Below are positions 1-8,450 of a DNA stretch of 47,850 nt, one piece after another. Location: positions 1 through 47,850 of the forward strand of contig JANMPG010000100.1 of assembly GCA_031369745.1 (NCBI GenBank), in the 5' to 3' direction. Below the pieces are notes generated by a model. That model did no database searches, had not been told where the DNA came from, and worked only from the letters and a program-made list of their open reading frames with translations. The position numbers were made by a program, and so were the translations under genes. This DNA comes from Actinomycetes bacterium. Lineage in GTDB: Bacteria > Actinomycetota > UBA4738 > HRBIN12. How positions within the stretch are numbered: the first letter of the stretch is position 1; every line of letters begins with the position of its first letter.

Positions 1-1931
1 CCAGCGGCGCCCCGGGGTTGCAGATCTTCATGCCGCTGGAGACCGGTCGCTGGACCTACGCGGAGGTGCGCGCGTTCGTCGGCACGTGCGGGCGCATGAT
101 CGCGCGCGCCGACCCCGACCGCGTCACGATGGCGTGGCGCATCGCCGACCGCACCGGCAAGACCTTCATCGACCACAACATGAATCGCCAGGGCGCGAAC
201 ATCGCGGCCGCGTATTCGCTTCGCCCCGAGCTTCGCGCACCCGTGTCGACTCCGCTCACGTGGGACGAGGTCGAGGCAGGGGGTTTCGAGCCGCAGGACT
301 TCCGCATCGACAACGTGTGGGAGCGCTTCGCCCGTGTCGGCGATCTGTGGTCGCACGTGCGCGACGGACCGGTCATGGATCTGACCGAGGCGATGGCCGG
401 CCTCGGCGTGCAGGTCGAGGAGGATCCGAGCGGGCCGCTGCCACGCACCGCAGCCAAGGCCGTGGCAACCAAGACGTCTGACGAGATCGCCCTGGCCTCC
501 AAGGACCCTGCCTTGTTCGAGTACGTGCGCCGCCGCGAGTTCGGCGACGAAGGCACCACCGAGCCCGCGCCCGGCGACGAGGCCGGCGCCGGCAACTCGT
601 TCGTGATCCACAAGCATCGCGCCACGCGCTTGCACTACGACGTGCGTTTGGAGCACGACGGCGCGCTGCCCTCGTGGGCGGTCCCCAAGGGCCTGCCCAC
701 CGGCAAAGGTGACAAGCGCATGGCCGTTCGCACCGAAGATCACCCCTTGGAGTACGGCAAGTTCGAGGGCACGATCCCCGAGGGCAACTACGGCGCCGGC
801 GAGGTGCGCATCTTCGACGACGGCTGGTACGAGCCGATCGAGTGGACCGACACGAAGGTCTCGTTCCGGCTGCACGGCCGCCGCTATCCCGACCTGGAGT
901 TCCACTTCGTCAAGACCAACCGCGACTGGCTCGCGTTCCTGGCGAGCGCGCAGACACGACCGCTGATCGCGCCCCCGCCGAGGTTCCAGCCGATGCTCGC
1001 CGAGGGCGGGTACAAGGCGTTCGACGACGACAGGTGGTGGTTCGAGCCCAAGCTGGACGGCATCCGCTGCCTCGCGGAGCTGTCGACCGGTGAAACGATC
1101 CTTCGCACGCGCACGGGTCGCGACGCCACCGCCCAATATCCGGAGCTGCACATGATCCACGAGCTGATCGACGAGGTGAACGCGGTCATCGACGGTGAGA
1201 TCGTCGCCTTCGACGCCGACGGCAAGAACTCCTTCGAGGCGCTGCAGCAGCGTATGAACCTGTCGAACCCTCGCGAGATCGAGCGTGTCAGCAAGCGACT
1301 GCCGGTGTCGCTCGTCGTGTTCGATCTGCTCTGGCTCGACGGCAACGACGTGACCGGCCTGCCGCTAGAACAGCGCCGCGAGCTGCTCGGCTACATCCTG
1401 GAGGAAGACGACCGGCTGCGGCTGACCGCACACGTCGTCGGCGACGGCAAGGCGATGGTCGCGGCGGCAGAAGCCCAACAGCTCGAGGGTGTGGTCGCGA
1501 AGCGCCTCGGCTCCCCGTACTCCCCGGGCAAACGCACCGACGCATGGCGCAAGATTAAGCTCCGCCAGACCCAGGACTGCGTGATCCTCGGCTTCACGCC
1601 GGGCCAAGGCGGGCGCGGCACGACCTTCGGCGCGCTGCTGGTCGGCGCCTACGACCGCGGCGAGCTTCGCTGGGTCGGCCAGGTCGGCAGTGGCTTCAGC
1701 GACAAGGAGCTCGCAACGCTACTCGAGCGCCTGCAAGGGTTGACACGTACCGAGCCCATCGTCGAAGAGCTCCGCGGCACCAAGGGAGCCGTGTTCGTCG
1801 ACCCCCAACTCGTGTGCGAGGTCGAATACCTGGAGTTCATGAAGGGAAGCGGCAAGATGCGCGCGCCCGCCTTCAAACGCATGCGCGACGACAAGCTCGC
1901 CGAAGACTGCGTCCTGGAGCGGCCGATATGA
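1..1931 (+). CDS. ligD: Multidomain ATP-dependent DNA ligase LigD (end of primase-polymerase domain, 3'-phosphoesterase domain, ligase domain). The 5' end runs off the window.
   Basis: The reading frame is open from the window edge. The N-terminal part (KTFIDHNMNRQGANIAAAYSLRP...PVSTPLTWDEV) matches the C-terminal end of LigD Pol domains. FVIHKHRATRLHYDVRLE is the phosphoesterase signature. EPKLDGIR is the ligase adenylation lysine motif. An OB-fold-like tail follows. Confidence 0.85.
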   Translation, partial: SGAPGLQIFMPLETGRWTYAEVRAFVGTCGRMIARADPDRVTMAWRIADRTGKTFIDHNMNRQGANIAAAYSLRPELRAPVSTPLTWDEVEAGGFEPQDFRIDNVWERFARVGDLWSHVRDGPVMDLTEAMAGLGVQVEEDPSGPLPRTAAKAVATKTSDEIALASKDPALFEYVRRREFGDEGTTEPAPGDEAGAGNSFVIHKHRATRLHYDVRLEHDGALPSWAVPKGLPTGKGDKRMAVRTEDHPLEYGKFEGTIPEGNYGAGEVRIFDDGWYEPIEWTDTKVSFRLHGRRYPDLEFHFVKTNRDWLAFLASAQTRPLIAPPPRFQPMLAEGGYKAFDDDRWWFEPKLDGIRCLAELSTGETILRTRTGRDATAQYPELHMIHELIDEVNAVIDGEIVAFDADGKNSFEALQQRMNLSNPREIERVSKRLPVSLVVFDLLWLDGNDVTGLPLEQRRELLGYILEEDDRLRLTAHVVGDGKAMVAAAEAQQLEGVVAKRLGSPYSPGKRTDAWRKIKLRQTQDCVILGFTPGQGGRGTTFGALLVGAYDRGELRWVGQVGSGFSDKELATLLERLQGLTRTEPIVEELRGTKGAVFVDPQLVCEVEYLEFMKGSGKMRAPAFKRMRDDKLAEDCVLERPI

Positions 1932-1974
1932 GCGACAGGCTATCCAGCGCACCTGAGGAGAAGACAGAAACGAG

Positions 1975-2007
1975 GGAGCCACGGCCCGGACTTGGTTCCT
2001 TTGTTGT
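1975..2007 (+). terminator. Candidate intrinsic terminator after ligD
   Basis: Stem GGAGCCA (1975-1981) pairs with TGGTTCC (1993-1999) with one mismatch, followed by TTTGTTGT. The stem is weak. Confidence 0.3.
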
Positions 2008-2040
2008 AGATGAGACAGTATCTTGGCGAACGTCCGATGC

Positions 2041-2400
2041 TTACATAAGAATACGCGGACTCGGTTCGCATCGAAACTCGAACACGTCATCAGTTTCGAC
2101 GCGACCTGACCAGCGGGCGGCTACTGTCGCGACACCTCCACGTGCTACTGTCGGAATAGGGACTGTTGAGCCTCTTTCCTGCTTGTGACTCTTCAGCCGT
2201 TCAAGTTTGACGAGTAGACACTCCCCGCCCCCGGGTTCGTCCCCGACATTCTCGAACGTCTGGCGGACGCAAACGTCGTCACCGCAGGCCTGATGATGGA
2301 GCAGAGACGATGCCGCAAAGATAGGGCCCTCGGAGAGTGCCGGGGTACCGCATGCGGCAAGGGCCAGGGTGAACATCGCTGTAGCGAACACTCTCAGCAT
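2041..2400 (-). CDS. Small secreted lipoprotein, function unknown
   Basis: The N-terminal signal peptide carries the lipobox LAAC (MLRVFATAMFTLALAACG). The Cys pattern resembles the ORF at 13348-13773. It lies in a visibly AT-richer pocket. Confidence 0.5.
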   Translation of the reverse strand: MLRVFATAMFTLALAACGTPALSEGPIFAASSLLHHQACGDDVCVRQTFENVGDEPGGGECLLVKLERLKSHKQERGSTVPIPTVARGGVATVAARWSGRVETDDVFEFRCEPSPRILM

Positions 2401-2649
2401 TCAGAACATCCATCGACTCGACTCGCCTTTTTCGCCTCCAAGAGAGCATCCCATATTCCCGTCGTAGTAAGAAGTCGGCAGACGGCTCAGCGAATCGCCC
2501 CGGATTGATCGGAGGCTCTGATGTGCCCACGGCATCCTGGAGCGATCCGGTTCGCCCCAGCTTAGAGTTGGTGATTCTGGCCGGCCCGCCGGAGTATGTT
2601 CGATCTCGACGCGGTTCGGGCCGCGGTCGGGTAGCTATGCTCCACCGCC

Positions 2650-3648
2650 ATGTGGGGACGGATCGTGCTTGGGACCGACGGGTCGCCCGCCGCGGCACGC
2701 GCCGGCGAGACGATCGCCACGATCGCCAAGGCCGTGTCGGCGAAGCTCACCGCGATCACCGGATCTCCGACACCCGATGCCGCGCAGGAGATCTTGTCGG
2801 GGGCGCTGGAGGCGGCCGAGGCGGCCGGCATGCGTTCGTCGAAGCTGTCGGCGGAGGCGGTCGCCGGTCGTGCAGGCGATGCGCTGGTGGCTGCCGCCGA
2901 CGAGCTCGATGCAGGACTGATCACGATCGCCCGTGGTGACGCGCAGCCGTTGTCCGAGCTCGGCAGGTGGCTGGCCAAGCACTGCCCGTGTGACCTGTTG
3001 TTGGTCGCGCCGGGCGCTCGCGATCCGCACGCACCGTACGGCCGGATCGTGATCGCGAGCGACGGCTCCGCGACCGCCGACCGCGCTGCCCGCAAAGGCT
3101 TCGACCTCGCGCGAGAGCTCCTCTCGTCGGTCACGCTCGTGTTCATCGGTCACCCGGCGACGGGAGATCTCGTGATGCAGGACACGATCGAGGTCTACGG
3201 CCGCGGCATCGATACCGATGTACGACTCCTCCAAGGCGATCCGGCCGAGTTGATCTTGCGCACCGCCCGGGAGGTCCGCGCCGACCTGATCGTCGTGGGT
3301 AACAAGGGCTTGCAAGGCGCCAAGGGCTTCCTGCTCGGCTCGGTTCCCGAGACCGTGCTCGATGGTGCGGCAAGCGACGTGCTGCTGTGCCGCACGGTCG
3401 TGCAGATCGCCTCGGAGCTCGCACCAGGCGACGGCGGCGTGATCGAACGCCGCGGCGAGAAGCTCGCGGTGTTCGTCGACAAGAAGGGCGCGCAGCACCT
3501 GTTCTCGGCACGGTGCACACACCTGGGTTGCACGATCGCGTGGAATCCGGCCGACCACACCTTCGACTGCCCGTGCCACGGCTCGCGCTTTTCCGAGATG
3601 GGCGAGGTCGTCAACGGCCCCGCGTCTCGGCCCTTGCCTCCCGCGTAA
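2650..3648 (+). CDS. Tandem universal stress protein (USP) domains fused to a C-terminal Rieske [2Fe-2S] domain
   Basis: There are two USP-like halves. The second carries the ATP-type motif GNKGLQGAKGFLLGSV (G-x2-G-x9-GS). The C-terminus has the complete Rieske ligand boxes CTHLGC and CPCHGS. Confidence 0.8.
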   Translation: MWGRIVLGTDGSPAAARAGETIATIAKAVSAKLTAITGSPTPDAAQEILSGALEAAEAAGMRSSKLSAEAVAGRAGDALVAAADELDAGLITIARGDAQPLSELGRWLAKHCPCDLLLVAPGARDPHAPYGRIVIASDGSATADRAARKGFDLARELLSSVTLVFIGHPATGDLVMQDTIEVYGRGIDTDVRLLQGDPAELILRTAREVRADLIVVGNKGLQGAKGFLLGSVPETVLDGAASDVLLCRTVVQIASELAPGDGGVIERRGEKLAVFVDKKGAQHLFSARCTHLGCTIAWNPADHTFDCPCHGSRFSEMGEVVNGPASRPLPPA

Positions 3649-3654
3649 CGCCGG

Positions 3655-4128
3655 CTAGAACCGCGGCTTGGACACCATCAGGTAGACGATCGCGAGCGTC
3701 CCGATGACGCCGATCGCGGTGATCAGGTGTGCCTTGGCCGACGTCAGCACCTCGCCGAGTTCCTCGTCAGACACCCGAGGCACACCGGACGGTCGCAGCT
3801 GACACGCCTCTTTCACCCGGGCGAAATAGGGCTTCGCGGTCGCGGTCATGAGCCCGATCATCGCGATCAGCACAACCAGGGAGATCCACAGCCATTTCGT
3901 ACCGAGGCCGTACACCTTGATCCACAGCAAGACGCCGAACACCACCACACCAACGATCGAGATATACATCGGAAGGATCGCCTGGCCCGAGACCGAGATC
4001 AGGGCAAGGATCTTGGCCCGGTCGCGCTCGCGTCTGATGGCGTACAACACCGTCATAGACACCCCGTGGGTCCCCAGCAGCGCGAGCACCGCAACGATGT
4101 GCGCGAACTTCAGCCAGCTGTACGTCAT
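3655..4128 (-). CDS. Integral membrane protein (about 4 TM), function unknown
   Basis: Four hydrophobic helices are visible in the translation. It is the last gene of the PIG-L / CxxC-protein string. Confidence 0.6.
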   Translation of the reverse strand: MTYSWLKFAHIVAVLALLGTHGVSMTVLYAIRRERDRAKILALISVSGQAILPMYISIVGVVVFGVLLWIKVYGLGTKWLWISLVVLIAMIGLMTATAKPYFARVKEACQLRPSGVPRVSDEELGEVLTSAKAHLITAIGVIGTLAIVYLMVSKPRF

Positions 4129-4165
4129 CGCGCGGAGGATACCGGCGCGGGGGTCCGCGTGGAAG

Positions 4166-4678
4166 CTAGAACGGTTCGAATCCCGCCCGCACGAGCATCG
4201 TGCGAGCCTCGCGCTCCTCGATGCCGCGGTCGAGTAGCTCGCCGAACAACCGGATCGCGGCCAGCTGCCGGCCGCACGCGGGGCAGTACCGGAACGCCGA
4301 GTCGAACGGGGTTTCGCAATACGGGCATGCCGTGAGGCCGACCTCGCGGCCAGGCTCGATGCCGTTGTCGACCAGCGCGTCCACGAACCCTTTGCCGTAG
4401 TCCCACTGGATGTACTCGGACTCGTCGATGTCCCAGGCCGGCTCGTGCATGCGGGGCTCGCCCGTGTCGAGCATGTGGCTCAGGTTGTCGGTCAGCAGCG
4501 CCCACTCGTAGAAATGGTTCTGTCGGCACTCCTGGCAGGCGATCACGACGCCTTTGACGTTTTGCGGCGAGAAGATCGCATGCATCTGCGCGAGGTCGGC
4601 AAGGTCCGCCTCGATGTCGGCTCGCTCGTCCTCGGTGAGCTCGTAGGGCTCGTCTGGGATCGGGATGTCTTCGTCCAT
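4166..4678 (-). CDS. Acidic conserved hypothetical protein with three CxxC pairs (zinc-ribbon-like)
   Basis: CQEC, CPYC and CPAC pairs are present, with a very acidic N-terminus. It starts 2 nt after the stop of the PIG-L gene upstream. Confidence 0.65.
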   Translation of the reverse strand: MDEDIPIPDEPYELTEDERADIEADLADLAQMHAIFSPQNVKGVVIACQECRQNHFYEWALLTDNLSHMLDTGEPRMHEPAWDIDESEYIQWDYGKGFVDALVDNGIEPGREVGLTACPYCETPFDSAFRYCPACGRQLAAIRLFGELLDRGIEEREARTMLVRAGFEPF

Positions 4679-4680
4679 GG

Positions 4681-5418
4681 CTAGTCCCCCGACCGCGCGG
4701 GTTCCTCCTCGTCGTCGTCAACGAAACGGAGGGCCTTGAACCCTTCGGCATAGCGATACCCGACGTCGGCCTCCGCTGCAACCTCTTCGGCGAACGTACG
4801 GACCCGTTCGAACGCTCCGATCGTGCCTTGCGACTCGTGCGCGGCCAAGGCGGCGAGCTTGGTGTCCATCGTGGCGGTGACGTCGACGTACGTGTCGGCG
4901 TCGCCCGATAACAGCCACAGGTTCGGCACCTCGAACGGTTGCAGACCCTCCTCGAGCAGCTCCGGGAACATCGGACGACTGGGCGCATCGGGCATGACGG
5001 CGGTGAGCGCGAGCAGCCCCGCCTGCTTGTGATCCCAGTGGTTCACGTAGCCCGAGCCGTACCACAGGCGCGAGGGATCGGGTGCCACGATCACGTCGGG
5101 CCGCAGCCGGCGCACCTCGCGGCAGACCTTGCGCCGGGTGTCGAGCGTGACCTCGAGCATGCCGTCGGTCTCCCCCAGGAACGTCACCGAGCGCACCCCG
5201 AGCACCTCGGCCGCCGCTCGCTGTTCCCGCTCCCGGAACGTCGCGATCTGCGTGCGGGTGAGCCCGGGCTCGTTGGAACCGGCGGAACCGTCCGTGATCA
5301 CCACGTAATGCACGGCCGTCCCGCCCGCCGCCCAGGCCGCCACGGTGCCACCGCACCCGAACTCGGCGTCATCCGGATGGGCGAACAGGACCAGAGCGGA
5401 GGCGAACGTGCGTTCCAT
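4681..5418 (-). CDS. PIG-L/LmbE family N-acetylglucosaminyl deacetylase
   Basis: [17 protein letters not shown] matches the AHPDD-x-E zinc-binding signature of the LmbE/PIG-L family. Confidence 0.85.
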   Translation of the reverse strand: MERTFASALVLFAHPDDAEFGCGGTVAAWAAGGTAVHYVVITDGSAGSNEPGLTRTQIATFREREQRAAAEVLGVRSVTFLGETDGMLEVTLDTRRKVCREVRRLRPDVIVAPDPSRLWYGSGYVNHWDHKQAGLLALTAVMPDAPSRPMFPELLEEGLQPFEVPNLWLLSGDADTYVDVTATMDTKLAALAAHESQGTIGAFERVRTFAEEVAAEADVGYRYAEGFKALRFVDDDEEEPARSGD

Positions 5419-5602
5419 CGCGGGACAGGGTAGCGGGGCGCGAGATGGAACGTTCGGTGCTGGTCAGGTATGGTTCTTGCGAGGGTTCCGCATCGCAGTA
5501 CCAAGCTGGAAGCAGTTCCCTCACCAGCGCTTCGGCGCTGGAGGCCGGCGGGCACCGCATCAGCAACACGCCCGGCCGGGCCGAGGAAGGAGGGAATCGC
5601 CA
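5419..5602 (+). promoter_or_regulatory. Promoter plus long 5' leader of cspA, containing a perfect 7-bp stem with a UUCG loop (5524-5541)
   Basis: There are 184 nt of non-coding sequence upstream of csp. The hairpin is CCAGCGC-TTCG-GCGCTGG. The Shine-Dalgarno GGAAGGAGGG lies just upstream of the GTG start. Long structured leaders are typical of cold-shock genes. Confidence 0.4.
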
Positions 5603-5806
5603 GTGGCGACAGGAACCGTGAAGTGGTTCAGCCCTGAAAAGGGCTTCGGATTCATCCTGCAGGACGGTGGTCCAGACGTGTTCGTGCACTTCTCTGCGAT
5701 CACCGGTGAGGGTTACCGCAACCTCGAAGAAGGTCAGCAGGTGGAGTTCGACGTGACCGACGGGCAGAAAGGCCCGCAGGCCGCGAACGTCAAGTTGGTC
5801 GGCTAA
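5603..5806 (+). CDS. cspA: Cold-shock protein, CspA family
   Basis: [33 protein letters not shown] contains the RNP1 (KGFGFI) and RNP2 (VFVHF) motifs. The product is 67 aa. A GTG start with a strong SD was chosen instead of the longer track ORF. Confidence 0.93.
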   Translation: MATGTVKWFSPEKGFGFILQDGGPDVFVHFSAITGEGYRNLEEGQQVEFDVTDGQKGPQAANVKLVG

Positions 5807-5829
5807 CCCCAACCCAACGAGATAGCGCA

Positions 5830-5866
5830 GGAAGGCCGCCGCCGGATATCCGGCGGAGGCCTTTCC
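5830..5866. terminator. GC-rich bidirectional hairpin between convergent cspA and argH
   Basis: GGAAGGCCGCCGCCGG-ATAT-CCGGCGGAGGCCTTTCC forms about 15 bp of pairing with one mismatch and one bulge. There is no U-tract on either side. Confidence 0.5.
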
Positions 5867-5871
5867 GTGTC

Positions 5872-7260
5872 CTAGGCCGTCGTACTCGACAGGAGGGACA
5901 TCAACGCGTCGCATTGCGCTTCGACGCTCGCGGTTGACGGACCACCCGGACCGGAGCGCGCGGCGATGGACCGATCGGCGTCGAGCAGTGCGGCACCGTC
6001 GGGCAAACCTTCGGCGGTCCACTCTTGCGCCGTGAGATCCCGCAGCGACCGGCCCTCACCGTCGAGTCGCTTCAACAGTTCGCCGGTGCGGCGATGCGCC
6101 TCGCGGAACGGGACGCCTGCGCGCACCCAGGCCTCGGCGACATCGGTGGCGTACAACCCCGGGTCCTCGCACGCGGCTCGCATCGCGGTCGAGTCGATCT
6201 GGAGGGTCGCGACCGCGCCGGTGAGTGCGGGCACGATGAGCTCGAGGGTATCGACCGCATCGAAGACCGGTTCCTTGTCCTCCTGCAGATCCCGCTGGTA
6301 GCCGAGGGGAAGTCCTTGCAGCAGCGCCGTCAGGGTCACGAAGTCACCCGTGATCCGCGCGGCTTTGGCCCGTGCGAGCTCGGCGGTGTCGGGATTCCGC
6401 TTCTGCGGCATCATGCTCGACCCGGTCGAGTAGCCCTCGTCCAGTTGGGCCCAGCCGACCGCGGGGTCGGTCCAGCGCGCGAGGTCGGCGGCCAGCCGCG
6501 ACAGGTGCGTGGCCAGGATGGCCGCGGTAGCGAGGAACTCCTGGAGCACATCGCGGTCGCTCACCGCATCGAGCGAGTTCGCGAAGGCGGCGTCGAAGCC
6601 CAGGCGTTCGGCGGTCGCCACGGGATCCAGTCCCAGCGTCGAGGTCGCAAGCGCGCCGGCACCCAGCGGGGAGACCGATGCACGCACGTGCCAGTCGGTG
6701 AGGCGGCCGAGATCGCGCGAGAGCGCCCACGTGTGGGCGCACAGGTGATGCCCGACCGTGATCGGCTGGGCCGCCCGAGCGTGGGTCGACCCGGGCATCG
6801 GGTCGGTGGCGTGCTCGCGTGCCCGCCCGACCAGCACACGGGCAAGCTCTCGAACGTCTGCTTCGGTCGACCGAGCGGCGCTACGCAGATACAGCCGCAC
6901 GTCGGTCGCTACCAAGTCGTTGCGGGAACGCCCTGCGTGCAGCTTCGCCCCGAGGTCGCCGAGGAGATCCGTCACCCCGCGTTCGATCGCGGAGTGGATG
7001 TCCTCGTCACGATCATCGAACACGAAAAATCCGCTGCAGATGCCTTGCCCCACCTGGTGCAGCGCGGCGGCGAGCTGTTCGGCTTCTTCGTCGCTCACGA
7101 GGCCCGCGTCGCGCAAGGCGGCCACGTGCGCGACCCCAACCTGGACGTCTTGGGTCACCAAGCGCTTATCGACATCCAGCGACCTGCCCAGGGCAAGCGC
7201 CTCCGGCGCCGGTGGCTTTGAGAAGCGCCCGGCCCACAGCGAGCCCGGTTCTTCGCTCAT
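5872..7260 (-). CDS. argH: Argininosuccinate lyase
   Basis: GSSMMPQKRNPD is the fumarate-lyase signature, with whole-length ArgH-like sequence. The start was set at MSEEPGSLWAGRF, giving an ATGA overlap with the argG stop. Confidence 0.93.
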   Translation of the reverse strand: MSEEPGSLWAGRFSKPPAPEALALGRSLDVDKRLVTQDVQVGVAHVAALRDAGLVSDEEAEQLAAALHQVGQGICSGFFVFDDRDEDIHSAIERGVTDLLGDLGAKLHAGRSRNDLVATDVRLYLRSAARSTEADVRELARVLVGRAREHATDPMPGSTHARAAQPITVGHHLCAHTWALSRDLGRLTDWHVRASVSPLGAGALATSTLGLDPVATAERLGFDAAFANSLDAVSDRDVLQEFLATAAILATHLSRLAADLARWTDPAVGWAQLDEGYSTGSSMMPQKRNPDTAELARAKAARITGDFVTLTALLQGLPLGYQRDLQEDKEPVFDAVDTLELIVPALTGAVATLQIDSTAMRAACEDPGLYATDVAEAWVRAGVPFREAHRRTGELLKRLDGEGRSLRDLTAQEWTAEGLPDGAALLDADRSIAARSGPGGPSTASVEAQCDALMSLLSSTTA

Positions 7261-8450
7261 GCTCCCTGGTGCTGCTTCGCGCTCCACACCTTCAGGGGCA
7301 ACCCGTACAGCGTGACGTAGCCGCGCGAGTCGCACTGGTCGAACGCATCGTCCGCGCCGTAGGTCGCGAGCGACAGGTCATACAACGAGTACTCGCTGCG
7401 ACGGCCGACGACCGTGCACGTGCCCGAGGCGTAGCGCAGTCGCACCTCACCGCTCACATGGGTCTGTGTCTGGTCGATATAGGCGTCGATCGAGCGGCGC
7501 AGCGGTGAGAACCACTGGCCGTCGTAGACCAGGTCGGCCCAGCGCGCCTCCATGCCGGGTTTGTGGTGCGCCAGGTCGCGCTCCAGCGTCAGATCCTCGA
7601 GGGCGCGGTGTGCCGCGATGATCGAGAGCGCCCCCGGGGCCTCGTACAGCTCGCGACTCTTGATGCCGACGCGGCGGTTCTCGATCATGTCGATCCGTCC
7701 GAAACCGTGCCGTCCTGCCGAGGCGTCGAGCGAGCGGATCAGCTCGGTCATCGTCTTTGTCTCGCCATCGAGCGCGACGGGAACGCCGCGGTCGAACGTG
7801 ACCACGATCTCCTCCGCCTCGCTCGGGCGATCATCCGGCGCGGCCGTCCGTTCGAACGCGTCTTCGGGCGGGGCGACCCACGGGTCCTCGAGCGGACCGC
7901 ATTCGGCCGTGCGCCCCCACAGGTTCTCGTCGATCGAGTACTTCGTCGCGATCGACGAGACCGGGATGCCCCACTCGGCCGCAAGACCAATCGCCTTTTC
8001 ACGCGGGATCACGTCGTCGCGGATCGGTGCCAGGACCGTCAGATCGGGGGCGAGCACCGCGAACGACACCTCGAAGCGAACCTGGTCGTTGCCCTTCCCT
8101 GTGCATCCGTGCGCCACGGTGGAAGCGCCGACCTCCCGCGCGGCACCGATCACCTCTTCGGCGATGCAGGGGCGCGCGAGGCCCGAGACCATCGGGTACT
8201 TGCCCTCATACATCCCGTTGGCCTTGATCGCCCGCGTCAGGTACTCGGCCGCGTAGCGGTCGACCGCGTCGATCACGCGCACGCTCGCCGCGCCCGCGAG
8301 CCGACCACGCTCGACGATCTGGGCAAAGTCCTCCTGCTGCCCGACGTCCACGGCGACAGCGTGCACTTCGTAGTCGCGCTCCGCCAGCCACCGGATCGTG
8401 ACCGATGTGTCGAGCCCCCCGCTGTAAGCGAGAACCGCCTTAGCTGTCAT
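7257..8450 (-). CDS. argG: Argininosuccinate synthase
   Basis: The AYSGGLDTS ATP-binding motif is at the N-terminus. Length is about 400 aa. Confidence 0.95.
   Translation of the reverse strand: MTAKAVLAYSGGLDTSVTIRWLAERDYEVHAVAVDVGQQEDFAQIVERGRLAGAASVRVIDAVDRYAAEYLTRAIKANGMYEGKYPMVSGLARPCIAEEVIGAAREVGASTVAHGCTGKGNDQVRFEVSFAVLAPDLTVLAPIRDDVIPREKAIGLAAEWGIPVSSIATKYSIDENLWGRTAECGPLEDPWVAPPEDAFERTAAPDDRPSEAEEIVVTFDRGVPVALDGETKTMTELIRSLDASAGRHGFGRIDMIENRRVGIKSRELYEAPGALSIIAAHRALEDLTLERDLAHHKPGMEARWADLVYDGQWFSPLRRSIDAYIDQTQTHVSGEVRLRYASGTCTVVGRRSEYSLYDLSLATYGADDAFDQCDSRGYVTLYGLPLKVWSAKQHQGA

Noticed and set aside
4166-4192. A tRNA-like T-loop string, GGTTCGAATCCCGCC
   Set aside because: The flanks contain no acceptor stem, D-arm or anticodon arm. 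The string lies inside, and is explained by, the C-terminal codons (..AGFEPF stop) of the minus-strand CxxC protein gene. I found no other tRNA-like T-loops in the window.
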